Below are positions 8,194-17,228 of a stretch of 41,116 bases of DNA, piece by piece; position 1 is the stretch's first letter, and the number at the start of each line of letters is the position of its first letter. The stretch is from Negativicutes bacterium (lineage in GTDB: Bacteria; Bacillota; Negativicutes; Sporomusales; JAOACF01). The stretch covers positions 1-41,116 of the forward strand of contig JAOACF010000004.1 of assembly GCA_026417995.1 (NCBI GenBank). Reading direction: 5' to 3'. The notes under the pieces are model-generated. The model searched no databases and had not been told where the DNA came from. It saw nothing but the letters and a program-made list of their open reading frames with translations. The translations under genes and the position numbers were made by a program.

Positions 8194-9849
8194 GTGTCTA
8201 TGCAGTGGTTGCAAAATTATGCGGCGGTAGGCGGCAGTTTGGGGCTTACGGCTTTGGTCGTGGCAATTCCGATTTTCTATTTGTTCTGGGCGCTCGCCGT
8301 AAAGCGGATGAAAGGACATATCGCCGGGATATCGACTTTGCTGCTGACTATCGCTGTTGTTGTCTTAGCCTACGGCATGCCGGTCAGCGTTGCATTTTCC
8401 GCATCGGCGCTGGGCATGGTTACAGGTTTGTTTCCGATCGGCTGGATCATTTTGACCGCCGTATTCCTTTATAACTTGACAGTCGAGTCCGGACAGTTTG
8501 AGATTATAAAAAGTTCGATTTCATCGCTGTCTACCGATCGCCGGCTGCAGGCGCTGCTCGTAGCCTTTTGCTTCTCTGCTTTCATGGAAGGCGTGTCGGG
8601 GCAGGGCGCTCCGGTAGCCGTTGCTGCCGCCATGCTGATAGGACTTGGTTTTCCGGCGCTGCCGGCCGCCGTCATTTGCCTTGTTGCCAACACGCCGCCG
8701 GTACCTTTTGGCCCGGTCGGGACACCGACAATTATGATGTCGACGGTTACGGAGATTAATAGCTTAACCGTATCCAAGGCGATTGGCCTGGATATGACGA
8801 TCCTGGCGCTGGTTATCCCCATATTCATGCTGGTGGTGGTCGCTGGCTGGAAAAATGTAGCAGGAGTGCTGCCCGCAGCTCTCGTGGCAGGCGGCAGCTA
8901 TGCCGTCACCAACTACTATGTGAGCCAGTTCATGGGACCGGAGTTGCCGGCCATTCTGTCCTCCTTCGGTTCAATGGTCTGCCTGGGTGTCTTTTTGCGC
9001 TACTGGCGGCCGGAAACCATCTGGCGTTTCCCCAATGACCCGGAGGTTTCTCAGAGTACAGCCGGCCAGTATAGCCTGGGACAGATTGTCAAAGCATGGT
9101 CGCCGTTTATCATTCTCATGGCGGTTATGGGCATTTGGGGCACTCCCGCCTTCAAAAACTGGGTGGCGAAAGACCTGAAATGGTTTGTCATGATTCCCTC
9201 CTGGCCAGGTTTGGACGGCATCGTCTATCGGACCGCGCCGATCGTAGCCGCGCCGGCAAAATATGCGGCAAGCTACCGGTGGGACTTCTTCTCGGCGCCG
9301 GGCACGGCCATGCTGTTTTCCGCGCTGATATCCATGGCGGTTCTAGGCATTAGTCCCGCAACAGGCTTCAGGGGGTTCGTCAAAACCTTCCGGCAGCTGC
9401 AATTCTCCCTGGTTACTCTGGCCTCCGTCCTCGGCATCGGCTTTCTGGCCAACTACTCCGGAATGTCCTACACGCTTGGTCTGGCGTTTGCCTTCTATAC
9501 CGGCATGCTGTTCCCCGTATTTTCGCCGATTATCGGTTATCTGGGCGTTTTCCTGACGGGTTCGGTAACTTCCTCTGCCGCCTTGTTCGGCAAACTGCAG
9601 CAGGTAACAGCCACACAGCTTGGCTTAAATCCGATGCTGACAATCTCCGCCAACTTGTTTGGCGCTGACATTGGCAAATTGATCTCTCCCCAATCCATAG
9701 CTGTGGCATGTGCCGCTACCGGTTTGGTCGGACGGGAAACCGACATCTTCCGGATCACCGTCAAATATTCGGTCTATCTGCTGTTGTTCGTCATTGCCAT
9801 CGTCCTGATCAAAGCCTGGTTCATCCCGGGGATACTGCCGAAGATTTAG
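8194..9849 (+). CDS. Lactate/glycolate permease (LctP family, LldP/GlcA-like)
   Basis: Polytopic membrane protein with DRRLQALL, EG..G.GAPVA, GVFLTGS.TSS.ALF and GKLISPQSIA. Confidence 0.9.
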   Translation: MSMQWLQNYAAVGGSLGLTALVVAIPIFYLFWALAVKRMKGHIAGISTLLLTIAVVVLAYGMPVSVAFSASALGMVTGLFPIGWIILTAVFLYNLTVESGQFEIIKSSISSLSTDRRLQALLVAFCFSAFMEGVSGQGAPVAVAAAMLIGLGFPALPAAVICLVANTPPVPFGPVGTPTIMMSTVTEINSLTVSKAIGLDMTILALVIPIFMLVVVAGWKNVAGVLPAALVAGGSYAVTNYYVSQFMGPELPAILSSFGSMVCLGVFLRYWRPETIWRFPNDPEVSQSTAGQYSLGQIVKAWSPFIILMAVMGIWGTPAFKNWVAKDLKWFVMIPSWPGLDGIVYRTAPIVAAPAKYAASYRWDFFSAPGTAMLFSALISMAVLGISPATGFRGFVKTFRQLQFSLVTLASVLGIGFLANYSGMSYTLGLAFAFYTGMLFPVFSPIIGYLGVFLTGSVTSSAALFGKLQQVTATQLGLNPMLTISANLFGADIGKLISPQSIAVACAATGLVGRETDIFRITVKYSVYLLLFVIAIVLIKAWFIPGILPKI

Positions 9850-9981
9850 CCGTGAGGCAAGCAGGCGCGCTGCCGGTGCTTGGCAGTACGTCTGCTTTTT
9901 TCTGTCTGCTGTTGGCGTGCAAGGAGATTTAGTATGGTTCTTGCATGAATAATCCATAGCTTTAGATAACAGGAGGAACAT

Positions 9982-11202
9982 ATGGAACTGACCGGAAATG
10001 TTTTGATCGCGCAAGGGGGCGGACCGACAGCGGTTATAAACCAGACGCTGGCGGGTATCGTGCAAGAAGCCCGGAAGTTTCCGCAGTGCACCCGGATTTA
10101 CGGGGCGCTGCATGGTGTTGAGGGTATTGTCAATGAAGATTTCCTAGATTTGACCCAGGAAACAAGCCATAACTTAGAGCAAGTGGCAATGACCCCTTCT
10201 GCGGCGCTGCGGTCATCGCGGGTTAAGCCGGATACAGCTTATTGCCAAGCTATGTTCCGCGTCATGCAGGCTCATAATATCCGTTACTTTTTCTACATAG
10301 GCGGGAATGACTCGGCGGCTACGGTGCGCATTATCAGTGAAGAAGCGCAAGAGGCGGATTATCGCTTCCGTGCCATACATGTGCCCAAAACGATTGACAA
10401 CGATCTCCTGGAAAGCGATCATACTCCCGGCTATGGATCAGCCGCGCGTTTCGTGGCGCAGGCCTTCATGGGCATAAATCTGGACGTACGGGCGCTCCGC
10501 GGCGTTTACCTAGGTGTTGTCATGGGCCGGGATGCCGGTTTTCTGACGGCGGCGTCATCTATTGCCCAGAAATATCCCGGCGACGGCCCGCATCTTATCT
10601 ACCTTCCTGAACGACCCTTTGCGCTGGATGAATTTTTAGGAGACGTGAAAAGCATCTACGAATGCTGCGGCTGCTGTATTATTGCCGTTTCCGAAGGTAT
10701 CCGCAATGCCGCAGGCGAAATGATTGGACCCCAGCTTATGCGTCACGTCGACCGGGATGCACATGGCAATGTCACGCTTTCCGGCTCGGGCGCCCTGGGG
10801 GACGCTCTTGCCGATGAAATCAGACGGCGCCTCGGCATCAAGCGGGTAAGGGCCGATACCTTTGGTTATCTCCAGCGTTCCTTTTTTGGCTGTGTGTCTG
10901 ACGTCGATCAGCACGAGGCGCGTGAGGTGGGCGAGCGGGCGGTGCAGTTCGCTGTTTGGGGAGGCTGTGACGGCGCCGTAGCCATTAAGCGAACAGGCGA
11001 GTATTCAGTGGATTACCGGCTCGTGCCGTTAGCTGCTGTGGCGGGCCGGGCCCGCAGCATGCCGGATGAATTTATCAACGCGGAGGGTAATCATGTAACG
11101 GATGCTTTCCGTTATTACGTAAGGCCGCTATTGGGTTCGGGACTTAAGTCGCCCGCGATGCTGCGGGCGCCCCGGGTTCCCAGGATTTTGCACGCGGAAT
11201 AA
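9982..11202 (+). CDS. Phosphofructokinase, probably PPi-dependent (Pfp-type)
   Basis: GGGPTAVIN, GGNDS, PKTIDND and MGR.AG. The Asp/Lys pair is typical of PPi-dependent Pfks. Confidence 0.85.
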   Translation: MELTGNVLIAQGGGPTAVINQTLAGIVQEARKFPQCTRIYGALHGVEGIVNEDFLDLTQETSHNLEQVAMTPSAALRSSRVKPDTAYCQAMFRVMQAHNIRYFFYIGGNDSAATVRIISEEAQEADYRFRAIHVPKTIDNDLLESDHTPGYGSAARFVAQAFMGINLDVRALRGVYLGVVMGRDAGFLTAASSIAQKYPGDGPHLIYLPERPFALDEFLGDVKSIYECCGCCIIAVSEGIRNAAGEMIGPQLMRHVDRDAHGNVTLSGSGALGDALADEIRRRLGIKRVRADTFGYLQRSFFGCVSDVDQHEAREVGERAVQFAVWGGCDGAVAIKRTGEYSVDYRLVPLAAVAGRARSMPDEFINAEGNHVTDAFRYYVRPLLGSGLKSPAMLRAPRVPRILHAE

Positions 11203-11278
11203 TACGGCGAGATACATAAAAGGGGGCGTGTCACTGCGAGCATTACGCGGCAGTCTCACATCTTGCCTGGCTAGCCCG

Positions 11279-11307
11279 TTGACCTCCTTGAGACTGTCTG
11301 GTATAAT
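11279..11307 (+). promoter_or_regulatory. sigmaA promoter with extended -10
   Basis: TTGACC, 17 bp spacer, TGgTATAAT. Confidence 0.75.
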
Positions 11308-11331
11308 TTTGTATAGTTTAAATACTGTTAC

Positions 11332-11491
11332 GGTCAAGGAGCCTCGTTATGAGGAGAATAGGGAAGTCCGAGCATGCGATGCATGCGTAGGCGCGGGCCC
11401 GCCACTGTACCGGGAAGACCTTACAAGGCCACTCGCAAGGGGAAGGCGTAATGTGTCGATGCACCGGGAGCCAGGAGACCTGCCTTAGACC
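11332..11491 (+). ncRNA. Cobalamin riboswitch
   Basis: AATAGGGAA, CCCGCCACTGTA, GCCACT..GGGAAGG and the B12-box AGCCAGGAGACCTGCC. Lies upstream of a cobT-family gene. Confidence 0.92.
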
Positions 11492-11509
11492 TTTCAATCC
11501 TTCCTGGAC

Positions 11510-11551
11510 AAGAAGGCTTTTTTGGAGTTGCTTCCAAAGAGGCCTTTTTTT
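11510..11551 (+). terminator. Riboswitch expression-platform terminator
   Basis: aaggcttttttgga / tccaaagaggcctt stem plus T-run. Confidence 0.75.
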
Positions 11552-11574
11552 ATTCATTATGCTTGGAGGTTGAC

Positions 11575-13539
11575 ATGGAGTTATTACAGAAAACACTTGC
11601 CCAAATTCATTCACCCGATAATTTTAGCTTATCCGCCGCGGCTCGGCTCAATTGCCTGCGGGCGTTTGGCCGGATTGAACAAATGACCTGGCAGTATATG
11701 CGGATCAGAGGCAAGGCAATGCCTGAGCCGCCGCATTGCACAATGGTTGTCGCCTGTGCCGACCACGGGGTGGCGCGCAATGGCCTCAGCGCATACCCCG
11801 TAGAAACCACAATGCACATGACGGCTAATTATTTAATTTCCCAAGGTGCAAGCGCCAATGCTTTCGCCAATTTCAGCGGTTCAGACATGGTAGTTGTCGA
11901 CGTGGGAGTAGCAGGCGACCTGTCTAATGTTCCCGGCCTGCGCCACCGCAAAATTGCTTGGGGAACGCAAGATTTTACGCTGGGGCCGGCAATGAGCCGT
12001 GAACAGGCGATAGCGGCATTGGAAGCCGGCATTGAAATTGTCGATGAACGGGTGAAGCAAGGCTACACCTGTTTCAGCTTAGGAGAAATGGGCATCGGCA
12101 ATACAACGTCCAGCGCGGCAATAGTCGGAGCCTTTACCGGGCTGCCGCCGGAAAAGGTAACCGGACGCGGCACCGGCATTTCGGACAGCCGCATGAAACT
12201 GAAAATAGAGGCCGTCCGCCGCGCCTTAGCCATAAACCTACCTGATCCGGCAGACGGTATCGATGTGCTGGCGAAAGTGGGCGGCTTTGAGCTGGGAGCG
12301 CTGGCCGGCGTGGTGCTGGGTGCTGCGGCCAACCGCTGCGCGGTCATCATTGACGGGCTGAATACTACGGCTGCCGCCCTGATTGCCAACGCGATTCATC
12401 CGGCAAGCAAGGAATATATCCTGCCCTCCCATTTATCGGGCGAGCCCGGCCATATTCTTGCGCTAAAAAAGCTGGGCTTGACGCCGTGCTTGGATATGGG
12501 CGTACGGCTGGGGGAGGCGATTGGGGCGTCAGTCGTAGTTAAGTTGCTGAAAATGGCGTTTCAAGCCGTGGTTCTGCCGGCAGCTGAGGAAGCGCAGCTC
12601 CTAACTTTGCCGCCAAATACCCAGGGCGCAGTTGTTGATCTCAAGATAAGGCCGCTAGATCAAGCGGCAATGGCAAAATGTCAGCTTCGGCTTGATAACC
12701 TGACCAAACCCCTGGGGAGCCTGCACTCCTTTGAACAGATCGCCCTGAGACTGGCAGGTATTACCGGAAATCCCCGGCCGCAGGCGTTGAAGAAAAGTCT
12801 GATCGTTGTGAACGGCAGGCGGGCCGGAGAAAAAGATGGCGAAGCAATCTCCCCTGCCTTGCAGACGGCCGCCGCTTGCGCAGCCGCGGATTTAAGCATG
12901 ATCCAGGCTGATACTTGCCGGGGCGAGATAACCAAGCAAGAGATGCGGGAGCTTATTCGGGCAGGAAGCGACGCGGCTTTTGCCAAAACGAAGCAGGGAA
13001 CGCAAGTCATTGGTCTGGGAGTGGCGGGGGTAGGCGGCGCCGCCGGTGCGGCCGTGACCGCTTACTATGAAGCGTGCCGAACGGATGCGGCGGCCGCTGC
13101 CGCTACGGCGCCGCTCGGTGCCGCTATGGATGAGGCTGTCCAAGTGCTAGGCCGGTACGGCAACGCCGAACTTGCCATGCTTGCCGGCATGATACTGGGG
13201 GCTGCGGCCGGCGGCTGCGCCGTTGTGCTTGATGGCCCGGCTGTCTGTGCGGCGGCACTGATCGCCGTAAATATTCGGCCGGAAGTGCAGCACTACCTGA
13301 TTGGCGCGCATTACTCAAGGCATCCGGCGCAAAGGACTGCGCTTGAACTGCTGGGCATACCCGCGTATCTCTATCTTGATATGGAGGGAGATGACGGCTG
13401 CGGCGCGGCGCTGGGAATGCTGCTTATCGACGCGGCTCTTCATGTGCTAAACGACATGAAAACTTTTGGCGAAGCGGAAGTAGCCGTGGCGCAGGACGGG
13501 CCGGGCGCTCTCCGGCAGAGCAAAGATGTGCGGGATTAG
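11575..13539 (+). CDS. cobT: Tandem-domain nicotinate-nucleotide:base phosphoribosyltransferase (ArsA-ArsB-like fusion)
   Basis: The N-domain has ADHGV, GEMGIGNTTSS, GRGTG and RLGEAIG. A second CobT domain starts at LDNLTKPLGSLHSFE and ends LNDMKTFGEAEVA. ATG at 11575 follows GGAGG. Confidence 0.88.
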   Translation: MELLQKTLAQIHSPDNFSLSAAARLNCLRAFGRIEQMTWQYMRIRGKAMPEPPHCTMVVACADHGVARNGLSAYPVETTMHMTANYLISQGASANAFANFSGSDMVVVDVGVAGDLSNVPGLRHRKIAWGTQDFTLGPAMSREQAIAALEAGIEIVDERVKQGYTCFSLGEMGIGNTTSSAAIVGAFTGLPPEKVTGRGTGISDSRMKLKIEAVRRALAINLPDPADGIDVLAKVGGFELGALAGVVLGAAANRCAVIIDGLNTTAAALIANAIHPASKEYILPSHLSGEPGHILALKKLGLTPCLDMGVRLGEAIGASVVVKLLKMAFQAVVLPAAEEAQLLTLPPNTQGAVVDLKIRPLDQAAMAKCQLRLDNLTKPLGSLHSFEQIALRLAGITGNPRPQALKKSLIVVNGRRAGEKDGEAISPALQTAAACAAADLSMIQADTCRGEITKQEMRELIRAGSDAAFAKTKQGTQVIGLGVAGVGGAAGAAVTAYYEACRTDAAAAAATAPLGAAMDEAVQVLGRYGNAELAMLAGMILGAAAGGCAVVLDGPAVCAAALIAVNIRPEVQHYLIGAHYSRHPAQRTALELLGIPAYLYLDMEGDDGCGAALGMLLIDAALHVLNDMKTFGEAEVAVAQDGPGALRQSKDVRD

Positions 13540-13576
13540 AAAAATTTGTGTGCCGGCGCGATAAAGAAAACCAATA

Positions 13577-13620
13577 ATAAAGGCAGCCAGTTTCCTTTGC
13601 GGCGAATGGCTGCCTTTTAT
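13577..13620. terminator. Bidirectional terminator between cobT and lacI
   Basis: ataaaggcagcca ... tggctgccttttat. Confidence 0.75.
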
Positions 13621-13645
13621 AAATAACGAGGCGAGTTATTCTTTT

Positions 13646-14674
13646 TTACGTTTCATCCGGCGGGCTGCAGGATTGACGCACCACCAGCTCGGGTTCAAGT
13701 ATTACGGTTTGCGGATCAGCCTCCGAACCCTCAAGCCTAGCTTGCAAGAGGCGGGCCGCGTATGCGCCCATCATCCGGGTGCACGCCGAAACGGTCGTAA
13801 TCTTAGGGCTGAAGATCGCCGCTTCGGGAATATCGTCGAAGCCGACAATGGCGATATCTTTACCGGGAACCAGCCCCAGTTCGCGCATTTTCATCATGAC
13901 GCCGATCGCGATTGTGTCGTTATAGCAGAAAGCGGCGGTAGGCAGCGGGGATACTTTAAGCAGCTTTTGAATCACTTCAATGCCGCCCTCGCGTGTGGCC
14001 GGGCTTTCAAATACAAGAGAGTTGTCGACTGTCAGGCCTGCGGCAAGGTGGGCGCTGTCAAAGCCTTGTTTGCGTCCCTGCCAGGAGGATAGCTTGGAAT
14101 AGCCGCCCAGAAAGGCAATGCTGCGGTGCCCTTTTTTTATCAAATATTCGGCGGCAATTTGCCCGCCCTTCACATTATCTATGCCCACATAATCGCATTC
14201 CGCTCCCCGGAGTGTTCTGTTCACCAAAACTACCGGAATATCCCGGCTTAAGATCCGGTTAACCGTTTCGCTGTCGCTGCCGGGGGCCGCCGACAAGATG
14301 ATGCCGCCAACCCGGTGCTCGAGCATGGTAGACAACAGGCGTTCCTGAATCGCCGGCGAATCGAATGTCGTCCCCAGAATTACCGTTTTGCCGAACTTGT
14401 CCAGTTCCTGGTGGATACCTACCAGTAATTCGGAATAAAACGGGTTGGCAAGCTCCATAATGATCAGGCCAACCGTCGTTGAGTCCCGGGAACGCAGATT
14501 GGCGGCGATCCGATCATAAACATAACCAAGCTCCTGCATCGATGCCAGCACCTTATCGCGGGTAGCTTTGGCGATATTCGGGCTGCCGCGCAGAGCCAGC
14601 GAAGCGGTCGCGCGCGACACGCCGGCATGCTCGGCGACATCCAGCAATGTAACATGGCGCTTTTTTTGTTTCAA
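13646..14674 (-). CDS. LacI-family transcriptional regulator
   Basis: VTLLDVAEHAGVSRATASLAL HTH, A..LR hinge and VGFDD. Likely TTG start at 14674 after SD AGGTGA; the ORF track starts at 14683. Confidence 0.92.
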   Translation of the reverse strand: MKQKKRHVTLLDVAEHAGVSRATASLALRGSPNIAKATRDKVLASMQELGYVYDRIAANLRSRDSTTVGLIIMELANPFYSELLVGIHQELDKFGKTVILGTTFDSPAIQERLLSTMLEHRVGGIILSAAPGSDSETVNRILSRDIPVVLVNRTLRGAECDYVGIDNVKGGQIAAEYLIKKGHRSIAFLGGYSKLSSWQGRKQGFDSAHLAAGLTVDNSLVFESPATREGGIEVIQKLLKVSPLPTAAFCYNDTIAIGVMMKMRELGLVPGKDIAIVGFDDIPEAAIFSPKITTVSACTRMMGAYAARLLQARLEGSEADPQTVILEPELVVRQSCSPPDET

Positions 14675-14847
14675 TATAATCACCTAATTCATAAGGCTGA
14701 TAACCAACAGGATTTTCAGATAATTACAAACCAATTATATAATACCACAGGTATTGTTAACAATCATGCTAATTTGCCGAATTTTAGAAACAAAATTCGG
14801 CATAATATGTGAAAAAAATCACTTAATCTGAATAATCAGAAATTAGC

Positions 14848-14876
14848 TTGACAAGAAGAAAAAAGGCGACTATACT
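14848..14876 (+). promoter_or_regulatory. Strong sigmaA promoter of the dehydrogenase-TRAP operon
   Basis: TTGACA, 17 bp spacer, TATACT. Confidence 0.85.
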
Positions 14877-14882
14877 TCTTTT

Positions 14883-14907
14883 TAGATCGATCTATTAAAT
14901 CGATCTA
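14883..14907. promoter_or_regulatory. Tandem palindromic operator, probably bound by LacI
   Basis: TAGATCGATCTA (14883-14894, perfect) and TAAATCGATCTA (14896-14907). Both have a central CG and lie at the predicted +1. Confidence 0.7.
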
Positions 14908-15001
14908 AAAAAGAAAACGTGAAATCGATGCGGCAGGAGGGGGGGCGGAAAACGTCTGCATCGAGATTATATAGTCGAAGTAAAAAACGCACTAAAAGCA
15001 G

Positions 15002-15997
15002 GTGATCACAACGTTCGAGTTATATTTGGATAGGCCTGACGAACTGAAGCTGAGAGAAGCTGCGCCGCTTCCAGCCTTGCAAGCTAACGAGGTTAAACTT
15101 AAAGTGATCTATGGCGGAATATGCGGTTCAGATCTTAGGGTCTATAAGGGATTAATCAGCTATGCAAAGTACCCGATCCGGCCCGGGCATGAAGTATTGG
15201 GCGTCATCGTCGAAGCCGGCTCTGCCGTTTCCTATCCGGTCGGTACAAGGGTTGCGGTTTTCCCCAATACGTTTTGCGGAACCTGTGAGTTCTGCCAGAG
15301 CGGCAAGACCAATATCTGTAAGCACAAACAGCCGCTGGGGGTAGCAATTGACGGCGTTTTTGCCCAGGAAGTCGTGCTTGAGGCAAAGTACGTTGTTCCG
15401 GTGCCTGATGCGATGGCTAATGAACGGGCAATACTGATCGAACCATTCGCCGTAACTGTCCATGCCCTTAAAAAAGCCAATATCACCAAAGGAACTACGG
15501 TTGCCATTGTAGGCGGCGGGACGGAAGGTTTGCTGTCGGTTGCCCTGGCGCTTCATTTAGGCGCCGCAGTAACCGTAATCGACATTAATCCGGCCAAGTT
15601 GGCACTGGCGAAAAAGCTCGGCAATGTTGCTGCGCTGCAGCCGCATGAAGTTAAAGATCAGGTGTTTGACGTAGTCGTCGAAGCGGCTGGCGTAAAAGCG
15701 GCAATTGAACAGGCCATGCAGCTTGTCAAACCTGGCGGCGCCATGATTGCGCTGGGCATTACCGGAGATCCTGTCAATCTATATCCGATTCACATTGTCC
15801 GCAGCGAGATAACCATCTATGGGACAATTATCTATACGCTGAAGGATTTTGCCGCTGCCATTCAATATCTCAACGATCCCGCTTTTTACGTTGACCCGAT
15901 TGTATCAATGATTGTTCCTTATACTGGCTACCGGCAGGCTTTTGCCGACGCGCTTTCGGGAAAGTACGCCAAAATCGTGCTGGACTTTCAGGACTAA
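15002..15997 (+). CDS. Zn-dependent medium-chain dehydrogenase (copy 1)
   Basis: CGSD, GHE, a structural-Zn CxxCxxCx7C motif, EP and a Rossmann GGGTEG. The start codon is uncertain (GTG 15002 or ACG 15011). Confidence 0.88.
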   Translation: MITTFELYLDRPDELKLREAAPLPALQANEVKLKVIYGGICGSDLRVYKGLISYAKYPIRPGHEVLGVIVEAGSAVSYPVGTRVAVFPNTFCGTCEFCQSGKTNICKHKQPLGVAIDGVFAQEVVLEAKYVVPVPDAMANERAILIEPFAVTVHALKKANITKGTTVAIVGGGTEGLLSVALALHLGAAVTVIDINPAKLALAKKLGNVAALQPHEVKDQVFDVVVEAAGVKAAIEQAMQLVKPGGAMIALGITGDPVNLYPIHIVRSEITIYGTIIYTLKDFAAAIQYLNDPAFYVDPIVSMIVPYTGYRQAFADALSGKYAKIVLDFQD

Positions 15998-16048
15998 GTT
16001 TTTTGAAGTAGAGCTATTAGCTAAAATTTGCGAGAGGGGCAAGAAGAA

Positions 16049-17065
16049 GTGAAAAAAGTATTGAGTTTAATCAGTTTAGTGTTAATTGCCGGTCTGGTGC
16101 TTGCCGGCTGCTCCGGGCAAAAAGACGCAGGGGAGAAAAAAGCCGGTCCCAAGGTTATGAAATTAGGCATTGTTACCAACAAAGACAGGTCGCTTACCAA
16201 GGGTCTCGTTAAATTTGCCGAAATTGTCGAAAAAGAAACAGGCGGTTCAATTAAAGCCGAGGTGTTTGCCGACGGCGTCCTGGGCGGTGACCGCCAGGTA
16301 ATTGAAGCGCTACAGATGGGAACTGTTCACGGAACTGCGGTATCCACCGGCGTAGTCGCTGCATTTGCCCCGCGCTTTGACGCATTCGACCTGCCGTTCC
16401 TGTTCAAGGACAAGCAGACCGCCTTCAAGGTGTTTGACGGCCCGATCGGGCAAGAGGTGCTCGGCGATCTTCCCAAGGCCAAGCTGATTGGTCTGGCGTA
16501 CTGGGAAAACGGGTTCAGGCATCTGACCAATAATAAACGGGAAGTAAAAACTGCCGAAGATATTAAGGGTCTCAAAATCCGCACCCTGGAAAGCAAGGTT
16601 CACGTCGAGGCTTGGAAAACCTTAGGCGCAAATCCTACACCGATGTCCTTCTCCCAGCTTTACACCGCGCTGGAGCAGAGCGTTGTTGACGGACAGGAAA
16701 ACCCGTACGGCAACGTTGTGGCCAGCAAATTCAACGAAGTGCAAAAATACCTGACCAACACCGGCCACATTTATAACGCCAATGTATTCTTAGTAAGCAA
16801 GCCTTTCTGGGATTCCCTCACCGAGAAAGAGCGTGAAGCCATTAAGAAGGCAGCAATCGAAGCCAGAGATTATCAGCGTCAATTGAATGAAAAAGAAGAT
16901 CAAGACAGTGTCGCCATTCTGAAAGAAAAAGGCATGAAAATAACCGATCTTAATCCGGGCGAAAAAGAAAAAATGCAGCAGATGCTGCAGCCGCTCTACC
17001 AGCAAGTTGCGAAAACGGTTGGTGGCGATTTGGTCGACCGCATTGTAGCCGCAACCAAGCAATAG
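16049..17065 (+). CDS. dctP: TRAP transporter substrate-binding lipoprotein
   Basis: Lipobox LAGC, NGFR, GLKIR and VDGQENP. GTG at 16049 follows SD GAGAGGGG. Confidence 0.92.
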   Translation: MKKVLSLISLVLIAGLVLAGCSGQKDAGEKKAGPKVMKLGIVTNKDRSLTKGLVKFAEIVEKETGGSIKAEVFADGVLGGDRQVIEALQMGTVHGTAVSTGVVAAFAPRFDAFDLPFLFKDKQTAFKVFDGPIGQEVLGDLPKAKLIGLAYWENGFRHLTNNKREVKTAEDIKGLKIRTLESKVHVEAWKTLGANPTPMSFSQLYTALEQSVVDGQENPYGNVVASKFNEVQKYLTNTGHIYNANVFLVSKPFWDSLTEKEREAIKKAAIEARDYQRQLNEKEDQDSVAILKEKGMKITDLNPGEKEKMQQMLQPLYQQVAKTVGGDLVDRIVAATKQ

Positions 17066-17125
17066 CTTTATACGCATAGCTTTTGGCCAACCCGTATCGC
17101 TCCAGGTAATTTGCCCGGGAATTGA

Positions 17126-17172
17126 AGCAAATAATTCTTAAGGAGGATCGTCTTCCTTAAGAATTATTTGCT
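17126..17172. repeat. 22-bp-arm hairpin between dctP and dctQ
   Basis: agcaaataattcttaaggagga-tcg-tcttccttaagaattatttgct, with one G:U pair. Confidence 0.8.
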
Positions 17173-17228
17173 GAAAAGGGACAAACTGGAACTGGATGCC
17201 AATTTAATCCTTATGGAGGATACACACT

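Noticed and set aside
11228-11614. Short ORFs over the cobT leader
   Set aside because: They overlap the promoter and cobalamin riboswitch, which explain the sequence.
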